From positions 32,001-96,000 of the IMG/VR virus record IMGVR_UViG_3300035698_024657: a stretch of DNA of 64,000 bases; one strand, 5' to 3'. The translations under genes were made by a program, and so were the position numbers. Shown here piece by piece: positions 40,055 to 49,940 of this stretch (its first letter is position 1; every line of letters begins with the position of its first letter). A model generated the notes under the pieces. That model did no database searches, had not been told where the DNA came from, and was given only the letters and a program-made list of their open reading frames with translations. This DNA is from a virus.

Positions 40055-41159
40055 AAAATTCTTTCACGCTATCTGCAATATATTGAATATCAGCATCAGA
40101 TACCCACCAGCCGCAAGGCAAGCAGATATGTCTTTCCATAAACGCCGTAACGCCGGGAAGGTCTACGGGATCTGCATGAAAACCGCTATACAAATCATTA
40201 TTCACGTGCATCGCTGATGCATGAATACCTTTATCTCGTAAAAAAATTGTCAACCCATCTCCTTTGTTGCCCACAAATGTAGATACCCATGCAGCCGATG
40301 GTCCCGTCCAAGATCTTTGAAGAATTCCATCGAGTGCCTTACTAAGACGTAAATCATTCATGACATAAGTAGATAAACGCGCACTTAGATTGGGCGCAGT
40401 CATCTGAGCAATACCAATACATCCTGCGATGTTATTCATATGTGCTTTAAATCCAATCTCGGGTACATCACATGTCCAATCAATCTCGCCACTAGGAGTA
40501 CGGAATCCATCTCTATCTGGCCCAAACCACTTCAACTTATTGGCCCGTGCCATATCATCGGCATCTCTGAAAGCAATAGCGCCCCCGTCTCCCGTAGTTA
40601 TATGCTTGATTGCTTGAAAAGAGAAACAGACGTAGTCACCATATCCACCGTCACCTAAAATACCGCGGTGTGCATACATACTGAATGCCTGCGCCGCGTC
40701 AACAATAAGTTTGATCCCGTGCTCTTTACAAATTGCATCAATTTCCCGCAATGGCCCAAGATCTCCACCCCAACATACGTACATAAGAACTTTAATATCG
40801 GGATATTGTTCAATACGTTTAAGTAAAGTATCCGGAGAAATCATACCATGAATTGGATCGACATCAACCCACACGGGAGTTGCGCTAAGTGTTGCAATTG
40901 GCGTGTTAGTAGCGATACACGTCATGGGAGTAGAAAATACTTTACTGCCTGCCTCAACGCCTGCTAGCCGGAGTGAAATTTGTAAGCTACTGGTACACGA
41001 ATTAGTAGTCAGCACTTTATCATTATGTAAATGGGCACGAAGACATTTTTCGAACGCCTTAACGCTTTCTCCTTCAGCAACGTAACCGCTTTGTAGTACT
41101 TCACCCATTTTATCTACAGCGTTCTCCGGAACATAAACCTTAAACAAAGGAATCATCAT
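40047..41159 (-). CDS. DegT/DnrJ/EryC1/StrS sugar aminotransferase
   Basis: NSCTS, VDAAQA, SFQAIKHITTGDGG (PLP lysine). Confidence 0.92.
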   Translation of the reverse strand: MMIPLFKVYVPENAVDKMGEVLQSGYVAEGESVKAFEKCLRAHLHNDKVLTTNSCTSSLQISLRLAGVEAGSKVFSTPMTCIATNTPIATLSATPVWVDVDPIHGMISPDTLLKRIEQYPDIKVLMYVCWGGDLGPLREIDAICKEHGIKLIVDAAQAFSMYAHRGILGDGGYGDYVCFSFQAIKHITTGDGGAIAFRDADDMARANKLKWFGPDRDGFRTPSGEIDWTCDVPEIGFKAHMNNIAGCIGIAQMTAPNLSARLSTYVMNDLRLSKALDGILQRSWTGPSAAWVSTFVGNKGDGLTIFLRDKGIHASAMHVNNDLYSGFHADPVDLPGVTAFMERHICLPCGWWVSDADIQYIADSVKEFYE

Positions 41160-41168
41160 ATTCTCCTA

Positions 41169-42095
41169 TTAATACATTTCTTCAATACCCATTTGAATAT
41201 TACATACCTGCAGTTTTAAATCTTTTTCCGCATTGACGTTATATGCAATCATTTGTATAGCGTCTGATGTTTTTATGAACCCTGACGCAATGATAATAGC
41301 TTTATGCGGAGAATTATCGGCACACCACATATTTAGTTTACTCCATCCATGATGGGATCCCAAAGACATTGCAGATAATAACAATTTAAGTATTTCGGGT
41401 TCCTCCAAAGCAACTATATGTGCCCAATCCCCGTATTGTTTTAATACTGCATAACCTTCCGCAGCCCCCGCTAGTACAATCGGGATATAATGATGCTGTG
41501 GATGATACGTCCACCGAGTATGTTGCCATTTATAAAATGTACCAGGTACCTTTTTATGTTTATACATAAGGTATGCTGAATTTTCTGCTGGACCCATAAA
41601 TGTACGAAATGCAGGACTATTTTCGGTAAGAAATCTGGCATTAGAACATTCATATACATCGATCTCCTGCACAGGATACCATCCTGCACTAAAGTGCCCC
41701 TTAAGTACGGTGCGTCCCCGTTGAGGGAAACCTACAATATATTCATATTCCCCTAATTCCCTCTCAGACTGTAGAGCAAATTTACTAAGTGCCTTAAATA
41801 ATCCAAGCTGTCTATGATCTTTTTGTATACCTACGGCAAAACATCTACCAACGTTGATAGGTTCATCGGAAATGCACAATTTACGAGGTTCTACCCCCCA
41901 AATACCTACTAGAATATCATCACAAAATGCTCCGTATATACGAACCTTGCCGCAATGCACAGTGGTGAACCACCAGTCAATCCATCTGAAGGATATATCG
42001 CTCGTGACAAATAGTTTATTGTGTAGATTTCTATACTCTATCAAATCCTTTGACATGTCAAGTAAACGGAACTTAGGCAAGATGTAAACCTCCAT
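41169..42095 (-). CDS. GNAT-family N-acyltransferase
   Basis: VGIQKDHRQLGLF acyl-CoA motif A; GFP motif. Confidence 0.7.
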   Translation of the reverse strand: MEVYILPKFRLLDMSKDLIEYRNLHNKLFVTSDISFRWIDWWFTTVHCGKVRIYGAFCDDILVGIWGVEPRKLCISDEPINVGRCFAVGIQKDHRQLGLFKALSKFALQSERELGEYEYIVGFPQRGRTVLKGHFSAGWYPVQEIDVYECSNARFLTENSPAFRTFMGPAENSAYLMYKHKKVPGTFYKWQHTRWTYHPQHHYIPIVLAGAAEGYAVLKQYGDWAHIVALEEPEILKLLLSAMSLGSHHGWSKLNMWCADNSPHKAIIIASGFIKTSDAIQMIAYNVNAEKDLKLQVCNIQMGIEEMY

Positions 42096-42768
42096 TCAAA
42101 TGAAGGGTTTGACCTGCCATATAAGGAGTGTCTATCAAGAAATCGATAGAATTCATAACTTCCTTAAAATTCCCGAACCTACCCAATGGAATAGTCTTCT
42201 TCAACGCAGTCTGATGTTCTTCAGGAACTTTTTCAATCATACCATATTCAGTATAACCTAAACCAATCCCAAATGGTAAAATATTATGTCTGACTCCTTC
42301 AGGGAGTAATCCTCTTACCATGCCTTCCATTGCCGACTTAGTTACACTATACCCTAAAGCGCCAAAAACTGGGCGATGCGCAACGACAGAGCTTACGAAA
42401 ATAAGTCTGCCATACCGTTGTTCTTTCATCCTGGGCCACAACCTACTAACGATCTCTAATACGCCGGTACAATTTACCTTGAACTGTTGGTGCAAGTCAG
42501 CAAAAGATAGTGTACTCATAGAAGCATTTACAGTAAGACCTGCTAAATGGATAAGATTAATGGGGGCATTCTTCATAAGCGCAGTATTTAGAAGAGGATC
42601 AGCAAATATTGCAGGACCATTAGATAAATCGTATTTAATAAGGTGTGCCCCTTCTAAACTACCAGGATAGTTTGAACCATATAATCCTATAACTACTTCG
42701 TCACGTTTTAACAATTCTGCAACGACTCTTTTACCAATTCCCCCTGATGCGCCAGTGACTAAATACAT
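42073..42768 (-). CDS. FabG/PhaB-like short-chain dehydrogenase
   Basis: TGASGGIG, YSVTK, IPLGRFG, GQTLHLNGG. Confidence 0.85.
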   Translation of the reverse strand: MYLVTGASGGIGKRVVAELLKRDEVVIGLYGSNYPGSLEGAHLIKYDLSNGPAIFADPLLNTALMKNAPINLIHLAGLTVNASMSTLSFADLHQQFKVNCTGVLEIVSRLWPRMKEQRYGRLIFVSSVVAHRPVFGALGYSVTKSAMEGMVRGLLPEGVRHNILPFGIGLGYTEYGMIEKVPEEHQTALKKTIPLGRFGNFKEVMNSIDFLIDTPYMAGQTLHLNGGLHLA

Positions 42769-42777
42769 AATTTTCCT

Positions 42778-42993
42778 TTACCAGATCTCGAGATCGTGTG
42801 AACCGCAATTACTACAATATATTAGACTACCATCAATAGTTGCGGCCGGCTCACCTTCAGTAGTATTCAATATCGTATGCGTAGTGGCACAAACCGAAGG
42901 CACACAGGTAGTTAATATTCTCCCGCAATTACTACACCATACAGCTTCCATCGAACCAAGTGCACACTGTATCTTCATTTCTTTGATATTCAG
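42778..42993 (-). CDS. Small zinc-ribbon protein with N-terminal QxALG tag (probable CTG start)
   Basis: CTG at 42991-42993 overlaps the upstream TGA (CTGA): LNIKEMKIQCALGSME..CSNCG...CSNCG. Confidence 0.6.
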   Translation of the reverse strand: MNIKEMKIQCALGSMEAVWCSNCGRILTTCVPSVCATTHTILNTTEGEPAATIDGSLIYCSNCGSHDLEIW

Positions 42994-43454
42994 CGTGATT
43001 CTACTTCCCAATACTCTGGGTGATCTTTCATCGGACCCCATCTCTTATCATCCTCTATACTTGCTTCAACTGTCACATTCGATACTCCAATCATAAGGGT
43101 ATCATCAGTAAGCGTTTGCCATGCATTGGCATAGTTTGCAGGAACATACAATGCTTTAGGAATATTTCCAGACAACGTAAACTTCTCAGGCTTCCAGGTA
43201 CTGCCTGGCTGAGTTAGCATCATACCCTCAGGAAGTAAAACAAACTTAATTCCCCCCTTCAAACAGATAAATATTTTTGCTTCATACTTATGGTGATGGA
43301 ATCCTCGCACAGTACCTGTTTGAAAGTTATCACATACATAAACTCGCTTACCCCAAAAATCGAAATCAGGTAATTGGAGAGGAATATTCGTAAAATGTCC
43401 TCTATCATCTACGAACAGTTCTCGGTCAAACAATTGTGCTTTCATCTTATCCAT
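42990..43454 (-). CDS. Cupin nucleotide-sugar isomerase/epimerase (FdtA/RmlC-like)
   Basis: DDRG, VRGFHHH, LYVP..YAN; start ATG 43454 overlaps the upstream stop. Confidence 0.8.
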   Translation of the reverse strand: MDKMKAQLFDRELFVDDRGHFTNIPLQLPDFDFWGKRVYVCDNFQTGTVRGFHHHKYEAKIFICLKGGIKFVLLPEGMMLTQPGSTWKPEKFTLSGNIPKALYVPANYANAWQTLTDDTLMIGVSNVTVEASIEDDKRWGPMKDHPEYWEVESR

Positions 43455-44388
43455 GATTTTCCTTAAACTGGAGAGTTGATATATTAGAATACTTGATGTG
43501 TGAAAAGTCTTTAATGCGTCCTTCACGATAAATGCGAGCAATATCTTTTACAGTGTCACATATAGAGAATTTTGGCTTAAACTTTAACTGTTGCTTTGCC
43601 TTTTCTCCCGATGCTTTATAATTTCGCCGATCTTCAAACTCTATTTCAGTAACGTCAATTTTAACCGTAGGAATCACTTCTTGAACAATATTAGCGAGAT
43701 CAATAATCTTGTAGTTACGTTCAAGCAGATTAAAAGTACCTGGACACATCGCAAAACTTTGCTGCACCAAAACTTCTGCCAAATCTCTTACATGAAGCAT
43801 AGGCCGATACTGTTCGCCGCCAAATACTGATATCCTACCTTCAATAAGGGCACGGATCGCCAAAATATTAACCACTAAATCGTTACGTAGTCTCCCCGTT
43901 ACTCCATGAACGGTACCTAACCTGGAAATGAAGACTTGTGGTTTACCTTTCAAAATCTCTTCGGCACGTATTTTAGTCTCGGCGTAGAGGGACAATGGGT
44001 TAAGAGGAGATTCTTCAGTTACGAGATCATTATTTGCACCGTATACTGAACACGATGACGGAAAAATGAGTCTACCTTCAAAATGGTCACGTAAGATCTT
44101 AACTGATGTAATATTCGCCACCTCGGTCTCATGCGGACGGGCAGCGCAAGCAGCATCGCCAACAATTCCTGCTAAATGTATCACTACATCTGGTTGAAAC
44201 TTCTTCAAAAGGGGTACCATAAACTTTGAATCGCCTACGTTACCTGCCTGAAAGGGGATATTTCGGAGATAATTATCCTCGTACAGAAGATTGTCCACTA
44301 CTAAGACGTCGTGCGTCCCTAAAGTGTTTAATATATCGACGACAGCGTGCCCTACAAGGCCAGCCCCCCCTGAAATGAGGATGCGCAT
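43447..44388 (-). CDS. NAD-dependent sugar epimerase/dehydratase
   Basis: GGAGLVG, HLAGIVGD, SSCSVYG, YAETK. Confidence 0.88.
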   Translation of the reverse strand: MRILISGGAGLVGHAVVDILNTLGTHDVLVVDNLLYEDNYLRNIPFQAGNVGDSKFMVPLLKKFQPDVVIHLAGIVGDAACAARPHETEVANITSVKILRDHFEGRLIFPSSCSVYGANNDLVTEESPLNPLSLYAETKIRAEEILKGKPQVFISRLGTVHGVTGRLRNDLVVNILAIRALIEGRISVFGGEQYRPMLHVRDLAEVLVQQSFAMCPGTFNLLERNYKIIDLANIVQEVIPTVKIDVTEIEFEDRRNYKASGEKAKQQLKFKPKFSICDTVKDIARIYREGRIKDFSHIKYSNISTLQFKENHG

Positions 44389-44966
44389 TATTTGCCCCCT
44401 TTACGATGTTTTGCAGATTCAGACATTTTTCGTCGGGTTTTGGCAGACATTTTCTTACCTTTCCAATAAGCTAATTTAGGATTACCTTTCATTGTCCTTT
44501 TAATCTTCTCTACCGTCGCTGAAGAAGGTTTTCGCCCTTTCAACGTGGCACTAATCTGGGCACGTTGAACCAAGGACATAAGTTTACCATAATTAGGATT
44601 TTTCTTCCCTTTAAATTTCCCCTTTAAACTATTACTAATTTTTCGACGAGTCTCTTCAGAAGGTAATGGACTTGCACCTCCCGAAGATAAATTACAAAGG
44701 GGACCTTTTCCCTGATCTCGTCTACCTACAACGCCTATGAATAATTCCTCGTAAACAAGTGCATCAATTTCACTAACATTTTTAAGAGGAAAGTCAATTT
44801 TTACATTTTCGATACCAATTTTTCTAATTTTATTCTGCAAAAATGGATTACTTCTACCCCTGCCTAAATGGTCCCAGATTTTATACCTATGCCCGTGACC
44901 TTTGCCCACATAGAAAGGTACCCCAGTACAATCCGTGTATACGTATACATAAAAATCGGTTGTCAT
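44388..44966 (-). mobile_element. Free-standing GIY-YIG-like homing endonuclease with NUMOD3 repeats
   Basis: FYVYVY...PFYVGKG..R...E...LCN; SEETRRKIS, KGRKPS and KTRRKMS repeats. Confidence 0.8.
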
Positions 44967-44976
44967 ATATTTATTC

Positions 44977-45921
44977 CTATTTAGGTAAAAGCCCTTCCGC
45001 TATTAATAGATTTTTTACTTCTTCACGCGATGCAAATGGTCCATCAGCAGAATCATAGCCATCTACCATTTCTTCGCCCAACTTCTCACTTTCGAACGCC
45101 CCAATTATTTCGACAGTTCCTCCAGTATGTTCCGCAAAAATGTTCGCGATGTCTATAATCCGGATAGATGGTAATTCGGGAATACTAAATATTCCCCTAT
45201 CTACTGAGTGGACTGGGGGTGATGCTATTACAAAATTACCGAATATTGGAACTACGCTACGATACTCCAAACTATCAGTAACGGTACGCATAATCAAACC
45301 AATAGCCTGAGGGAATGTGGTAAAGAATCTCGTCATCCTTTCGTCGGTCACCGGAAAAACGGGATTTTTTTCGTTCAATTTATCTCGATACAATGGAATC
45401 AGCGACCCCGCAGAATTGAGAATATTACCGTAGCGTACACCAACAAATTTCGTCTTACTTGCTTTATGTGCCGCATTCGCCCATATCTGTTCGGCGATAT
45501 TTTTCGTCATTCCATAAAGAGTTCGTGGAGCAACGGCCTTATCAGTCGACACAAAACATGCAGAAGCAACGTCGTTTGCTAAACATGCACGAGTTATGTT
45601 CTTAGTTCCGATAATATTCGTCTGTACTGTCTGCATAGGATTATGTTCACAGATCTTAACATGTTTTTGCGCAGCGGTGTGTACGACTACATGCGGCTTA
45701 TAATGTGCAATCGCATCCATCACACTTTGTAAATCACGTACATCGCCCAATACAAACTTTACGTTATCCTCTCCAGCATACTTCAATGCCATTTTATACT
45801 GTTTCTGTTCGTCACGAGAAAACACTATAAACTGATGAAGAGATCCGGTCGTCTTATGTAAGAAGTCAATCAAATACGAACCAAGACTACCTGTTCCACC
45901 TGTTACGAAAATGCGTGCCAT
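44977..45921 (-). CDS. UDP-GlcNAc 4,6-dehydratase (PseB/FlaA1/CapD family)
   Basis: TGGTGSLG, SRDEQKQ, GDVRD, HTAAQKHV, STDKAV, YGMTK, RYGNI..S.GS, MTRF. Confidence 0.9.
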   Translation of the reverse strand: MARIFVTGGTGSLGSYLIDFLHKTTGSLHQFIVFSRDEQKQYKMALKYAGEDNVKFVLGDVRDLQSVMDAIAHYKPHVVVHTAAQKHVKICEHNPMQTVQTNIIGTKNITRACLANDVASACFVSTDKAVAPRTLYGMTKNIAEQIWANAAHKASKTKFVGVRYGNILNSAGSLIPLYRDKLNEKNPVFPVTDERMTRFFTTFPQAIGLIMRTVTDSLEYRSVVPIFGNFVIASPPVHSVDRGIFSIPELPSIRIIDIANIFAEHTGGTVEIIGAFESEKLGEEMVDGYDSADGPFASREEVKNLLIAEGLLPK

Positions 45922-46785
45922 CTATTTATTTCCTCCGCATGGACGACCCTTACCTATTTTTCCTGCTTTTATCATAGCGTCCTGAAGCCGCACATGATTT
46001 GCGCTACCTGTAACATTATCTCCATTAACACTGAAACTATTCTTTGAACAAAACCAACCATACCAATTCAATAGCCTTCCGCCTCTATACCCTGCAAAGA
46101 GTATCCTATCTCCAAACAATCCTTCAGGATTCTCAGGAGATTTAATACTTCCATGCTTAATATCTTTACCTGTAGGAAAACCTACATTTTTAGCTACGTC
46201 AGTCTTAGATATCATACCCCCCATAGACACAAGTATGCCGTAAGCGTAACAATGTTCCCCATCGTTCACGACACCTCCGCCATATTTAGGATGTACCCAA
46301 CCTGGCCAGGATTCACTAAATTCGGGCCGTTGTAAATTACCTGTCAACCCGTATAGATTGCCTTTCTTTCGTAAAAGTTTGATTGACTCAACAAACCATT
46401 CATGTGGATCACAAAGTGTTTCCCAGTCATCTTCCAAATTGATAAAGTAAGCTGTATCAGTTGCATCTAAAAGTGCTTGTGCAGTATCCCCCCAATATGT
46501 CCAGGGTTCAATCATTAACTTATGTACATTGGGAACAGTTTTCAAGTACTCAATACACTCAGCCGACTTCAACAAGGGTGTGTTGTAATATTGTAAGGAC
46601 TCCTCTGTAGGCACTGACTCAAAAATAATAAACTGCCAATTCGGATAAGTATTGTGTTCTACAAATGATTCAATATCCCGTTTAACTAAATCATGGCGAC
46701 CTGTACTTGTAAGCCATATAGATATCTTAGGATAATCAAAGTCTTCAATCAGATCCATCTGGTTCTCCTTTATCACGTAAACCAA
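45922..46785 (-). CDS. GT-A fold glycosyltransferase (paralog 3 of tandem triplet)
   Basis: PKISIWLTSTGR...NLEDDW. Confidence 0.7.
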   Translation of the reverse strand: MVYVIKENQMDLIEDFDYPKISIWLTSTGRHDLVKRDIESFVEHNTYPNWQFIIFESVPTEESLQYYNTPLLKSAECIEYLKTVPNVHKLMIEPWTYWGDTAQALLDATDTAYFINLEDDWETLCDPHEWFVESIKLLRKKGNLYGLTGNLQRPEFSESWPGWVHPKYGGGVVNDGEHCYAYGILVSMGGMISKTDVAKNVGFPTGKDIKHGSIKSPENPEGLFGDRILFAGYRGGRLLNWYGWFCSKNSFSVNGDNVTGSANHVRLQDAMIKAGKIGKGRPCGGNK

Positions 46786-47545
46786 AATATCCTGCGTCTA
46801 ACGCATCCATGTAAATCTTCTTACTCCATGCCCGATCACGCCCAGTAACTTCAGTGTGCCCTATATGGGCAAAGGATCCAAAATATTTCAACATCACCCC
46901 CATATACATATCATGGTTTACCATCGCCTCATTTTGATGGCACTCAATCCGCCAGAAATCTTTCAACGGATGGTCCCTGGGATATCCGCCAATCCGTTGC
47001 ATCTTATCTACATCTACAAATGTAGCACCCCCTGCAGTAGGCCAGTAGAGGTAATCAGATATTGGGTGCCGCTTGACACCCACAAATCTTTTGTCGGTTT
47101 CATCGACTGTAGGATTAGATAAATCATTTCGAAAACCTAAAAGGTTAGGGTCGTCTTTGAGTAATTCAATACCATCAAGCCACTGGTCTTTCGGATCACA
47201 TACACATAAGCAGTCATCTTCAAGACATATGGCATATTCCGCATTAGTCACTGTCAAGAATTTAGATAGAACCGTTCCAAATGGTGGCCACGGTTCTGCC
47301 CATATGCGCATATCAGTGCTCTCAGGGACTACCTCTCTAACTTCTTTAAGATATTCTAAGCACCTATCTGTCTGCATAAGAGGAGTATTGAAATACTGAA
47401 GGCTCTCTTCTGTCGGAATAGATTCAAAGATAAGCCATTCGATATTAGGATAGGTATTATGCTCAAGAAAACTATTTATAGTAGTTCTCAAGAATTCAAA
47501 CCTACCTGTACTTGTAATCCATACCGAGACTTTAGGGTAATCCAT
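46745..47545 (-). CDS. GT-A fold glycosyltransferase (paralog 2)
   Basis: PKVSVWITSTGR...CLEDDC...HIGH. Confidence 0.72.
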   Translation of the reverse strand: MDYPKVSVWITSTGRFEFLRTTINSFLEHNTYPNIEWLIFESIPTEESLQYFNTPLMQTDRCLEYLKEVREVVPESTDMRIWAEPWPPFGTVLSKFLTVTNAEYAICLEDDCLCVCDPKDQWLDGIELLKDDPNLLGFRNDLSNPTVDETDKRFVGVKRHPISDYLYWPTAGGATFVDVDKMQRIGGYPRDHPLKDFWRIECHQNEAMVNHDMYMGVMLKYFGSFAHIGHTEVTGRDRAWSKKIYMDALDAGYFGLRDKGEPDGSD

Positions 47546-48437
47546 TTTCTTCCCTCTTACTTAGAAAATACTCACGTGATTTTTTCGGCTGTTTATTCAA
47601 TCCATCACCGCACCAACCCTTTTCTGCCGCTTCTGCATACTGCTCCACAGTCCATCCGCGATCCCCTCCCTGTACACCATGATGTCCGATATGCGCAAGG
47701 CAACCATAGTAAGAGAGATTGATTCCCGTATACATTCCAGCTTCACGCATCTTACGCGACTGATCATGTTCAGTTTGTATATACTGATCAGGTGAATGAT
47801 CTTTAATAAATCCGCCGATATCACTTACTTTATACGCGTCCATCAATTGCGCACCACCAGAGCACCATTGTCGCCATATAACGTATCTCGTGTCTTCAAT
47901 ACTAAATGCCTCAGGAAATCTTGGGCACCCTTCGAATACCGTCTCATCGCGCAAATCCATACGTACCCCAAGTAATCTCGGATCAGCATGAAGTAATTTA
48001 ATGTTATCGACTAATTGTGCACCTGGATCGGTAACAGTGCGTAAATCATCTTCAATATTGATATAGTATCCTTCAGTATTTTCTAAGAGTTTCGTATACG
48101 TCAAACCCAGGCGTTCAAAAGGTTGTATGTATATCGTAAAAGTAACATCAGGAAATTTCTCTTCTAAAGAATTCAAATACTCTTCAGTGGCAGCCTCATC
48201 AATGTATTCTAATGCAAAGAATTTCTTTGAAACATCAGTCATTTGTGAATGTACAATAACAAATTCGTAATTCAAATATGTGCAATGCTCGATCCACGAT
48301 TCAATTGTAGTTATCAATACATCAAGTCTACCTGTAGAAGTTACCCATACACTTATTTTAGGGAACTCCGCAGCGTTAGCATAATGTGACTCATAGTCAA
48401 AAGATGGATCACTAATTTTTGGCGTAGATCCTGGCAT
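47532..48437 (-). CDS. GT-A fold glycosyltransferase (paralog 1)
   Basis: PKISVWVTSTGR...NIEDDL...HIGH. Confidence 0.72.
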   Translation of the reverse strand: MPGSTPKISDPSFDYESHYANAAEFPKISVWVTSTGRLDVLITTIESWIEHCTYLNYEFVIVHSQMTDVSKKFFALEYIDEAATEEYLNSLEEKFPDVTFTIYIQPFERLGLTYTKLLENTEGYYINIEDDLRTVTDPGAQLVDNIKLLHADPRLLGVRMDLRDETVFEGCPRFPEAFSIEDTRYVIWRQWCSGGAQLMDAYKVSDIGGFIKDHSPDQYIQTEHDQSRKMREAGMYTGINLSYYGCLAHIGHHGVQGGDRGWTVEQYAEAAEKGWCGDGLNKQPKKSREYFLSKREENGLP

Positions 48438-49344
48438 AGTCTACCAACTCCTTGTATGCTTTAGGCATATGTAACTTAAGATACGTATGAAAAAACGGAC
48501 TAATCTTAGCCTTAGTAGGATAAACAAATTCCTTCCCTACAGTCATATTTTCAAACATCACATCTGGGACATGCCAACATAGTGGCGCATCCATATCCAC
48601 GTCATTAAAGTCTGCAATTTTATACCCCAATTGTTGTATTCTATGGGCAAACATAAGTTCCCCTACATAAACTGCCCAGTCACGATAACATTTTCCCTGA
48701 TTAAACCAATCTTTGCCCCAATACTGATCGAACAACTGATAGACATGTCCTCGAATAAAAGAGAAAAATCCCGCATTATAATACACGGAGGGCGAAGCCA
48801 ATACATTACCTATGATGTCAGTATATTTAATATGACCGGGACATTGAAACGGTTTTACGGTCATCCATGCACCAACTAAACCAATCTCATCGTCCTCACA
48901 CATCTTATCAATACCATCTTTATACCAACCATCCTTTATAGGAGTACAATCTGCGTCACATGTGAAATAATACCGAAAGTTAGGGTACGCGTGATATAGG
49001 GCCTGCCTATCTGCAAACGGTCCAGGATACTTAACTTCTGGCGCATCCAAAACTTTAATAGTCGTGCCAAATTTTGTTGTCGTCCCATCAATTTCTTGAT
49101 AATATTCTTTAGTCAGCGCACAATCCGTATCGGCGTTAATGATCACAAAATACTCAAGGAATGTACCCGGATCAAATTCCACAAAACCTTCAATCGATGT
49201 CTTAATGAAGTATAATTTTTCAAGGGGATCTAAAATTTGTCCCCCAGCGGAATCTTTATTGAACGGGGTATCCGCCATATTATATATAATTATCGAAGCA
49301 ATCGCATAATTTTTCGGCAAATGGTTATACTGGGAATGTATCAT
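48412..49344 (-). CDS. Putative divergent GT-A glycosyltransferase
   Basis: YYFTCDADC DxD-like motif; IGLVG; within the GT array. Confidence 0.45.
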   Translation of the reverse strand: MIHSQYNHLPKNYAIASIIIYNMADTPFNKDSAGGQILDPLEKLYFIKTSIEGFVEFDPGTFLEYFVIINADTDCALTKEYYQEIDGTTTKFGTTIKVLDAPEVKYPGPFADRQALYHAYPNFRYYFTCDADCTPIKDGWYKDGIDKMCEDDEIGLVGAWMTVKPFQCPGHIKYTDIIGNVLASPSVYYNAGFFSFIRGHVYQLFDQYWGKDWFNQGKCYRDWAVYVGELMFAHRIQQLGYKIADFNDVDMDAPLCWHVPDVMFENMTVGKEFVYPTKAKISPFFHTYLKLHMPKAYKELVDYARIYAKN

Positions 49345-49934
49345 CGACTATATACCCACCCAATTTGATACCCTTTAAAAAGTGGTACTACACCAACGTT
49401 TTCAAAAAATTGCTGAATATACGTGCCCTTACCTATTTCATCATTCACATGATCATCTACTACAATGAGTGCACCCTTTTGCATGTGGCGTTCTATAGCA
49501 AGAAATTCTTTCACATGATGAAAGGCAGACGCATGAGGATTATCAGCATCAAGATCAAATGAATCTAAATACAATAAATCAATTGGATGAGACGGCACAA
49601 ATTTCCATAAATATTCAACGGAATCTGAGACAATTACTTCCACTTGATCATTTTTACATAGCTGTCGCGAAATATCACAATTTTCCTTTGATATATCAAT
49701 AGATAGTACATTACCTCCATGCATTTTGACAAACTCACTGAATAATACTGTACTATAACCATCTCGCATACGTTTACGCATTTCCGTATCAGTATTCCGT
49801 ACAGTACCTGTTTCAACGATATAATAACTACTCTGTTCTTTATCTACTAAATATTGGAACATTATTCGAAACGTTTCTTCTCTAATAGTCAAATTATTTG
49901 CGTATATACCGTTAAATTTAGACATAAAATTCAT
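49341..49934 (-). CDS. Class I SAM-dependent methyltransferase (sugar O-methyltransferase-like)
   Basis: IVETGT, SIDI, SDSV, IDLLYLDS, IVVDD, GKG. Confidence 0.8.
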   Translation of the reverse strand: MNFMSKFNGIYANNLTIREETFRIMFQYLVDKEQSSYYIVETGTVRNTDTEMRKRMRDGYSTVLFSEFVKMHGGNVLSIDISKENCDISRQLCKNDQVEVIVSDSVEYLWKFVPSHPIDLLYLDSFDLDADNPHASAFHHVKEFLAIERHMQKGALIVVDDHVNDEIGKGTYIQQFFENVGVVPLFKGYQIGWVYSR

Positions 49935-49940
49935 ATTTAT

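Noticed and set aside
44388-44976. Group I intron around the GIY-YIG/NUMOD3 endonuclease
   Set aside because: The flanking dehydratase and epimerase each look complete with their own Rossmann motifs, and there is no non-coding space for a ribozyme core.
44977-46785. Readthrough fusion of a glycosyltransferase and the dehydratase (TAG directly followed by in-frame ATG)
   Set aside because: A strong GGAGG Shine-Dalgarno precedes the dehydratase ATG, so independent initiation explains it.
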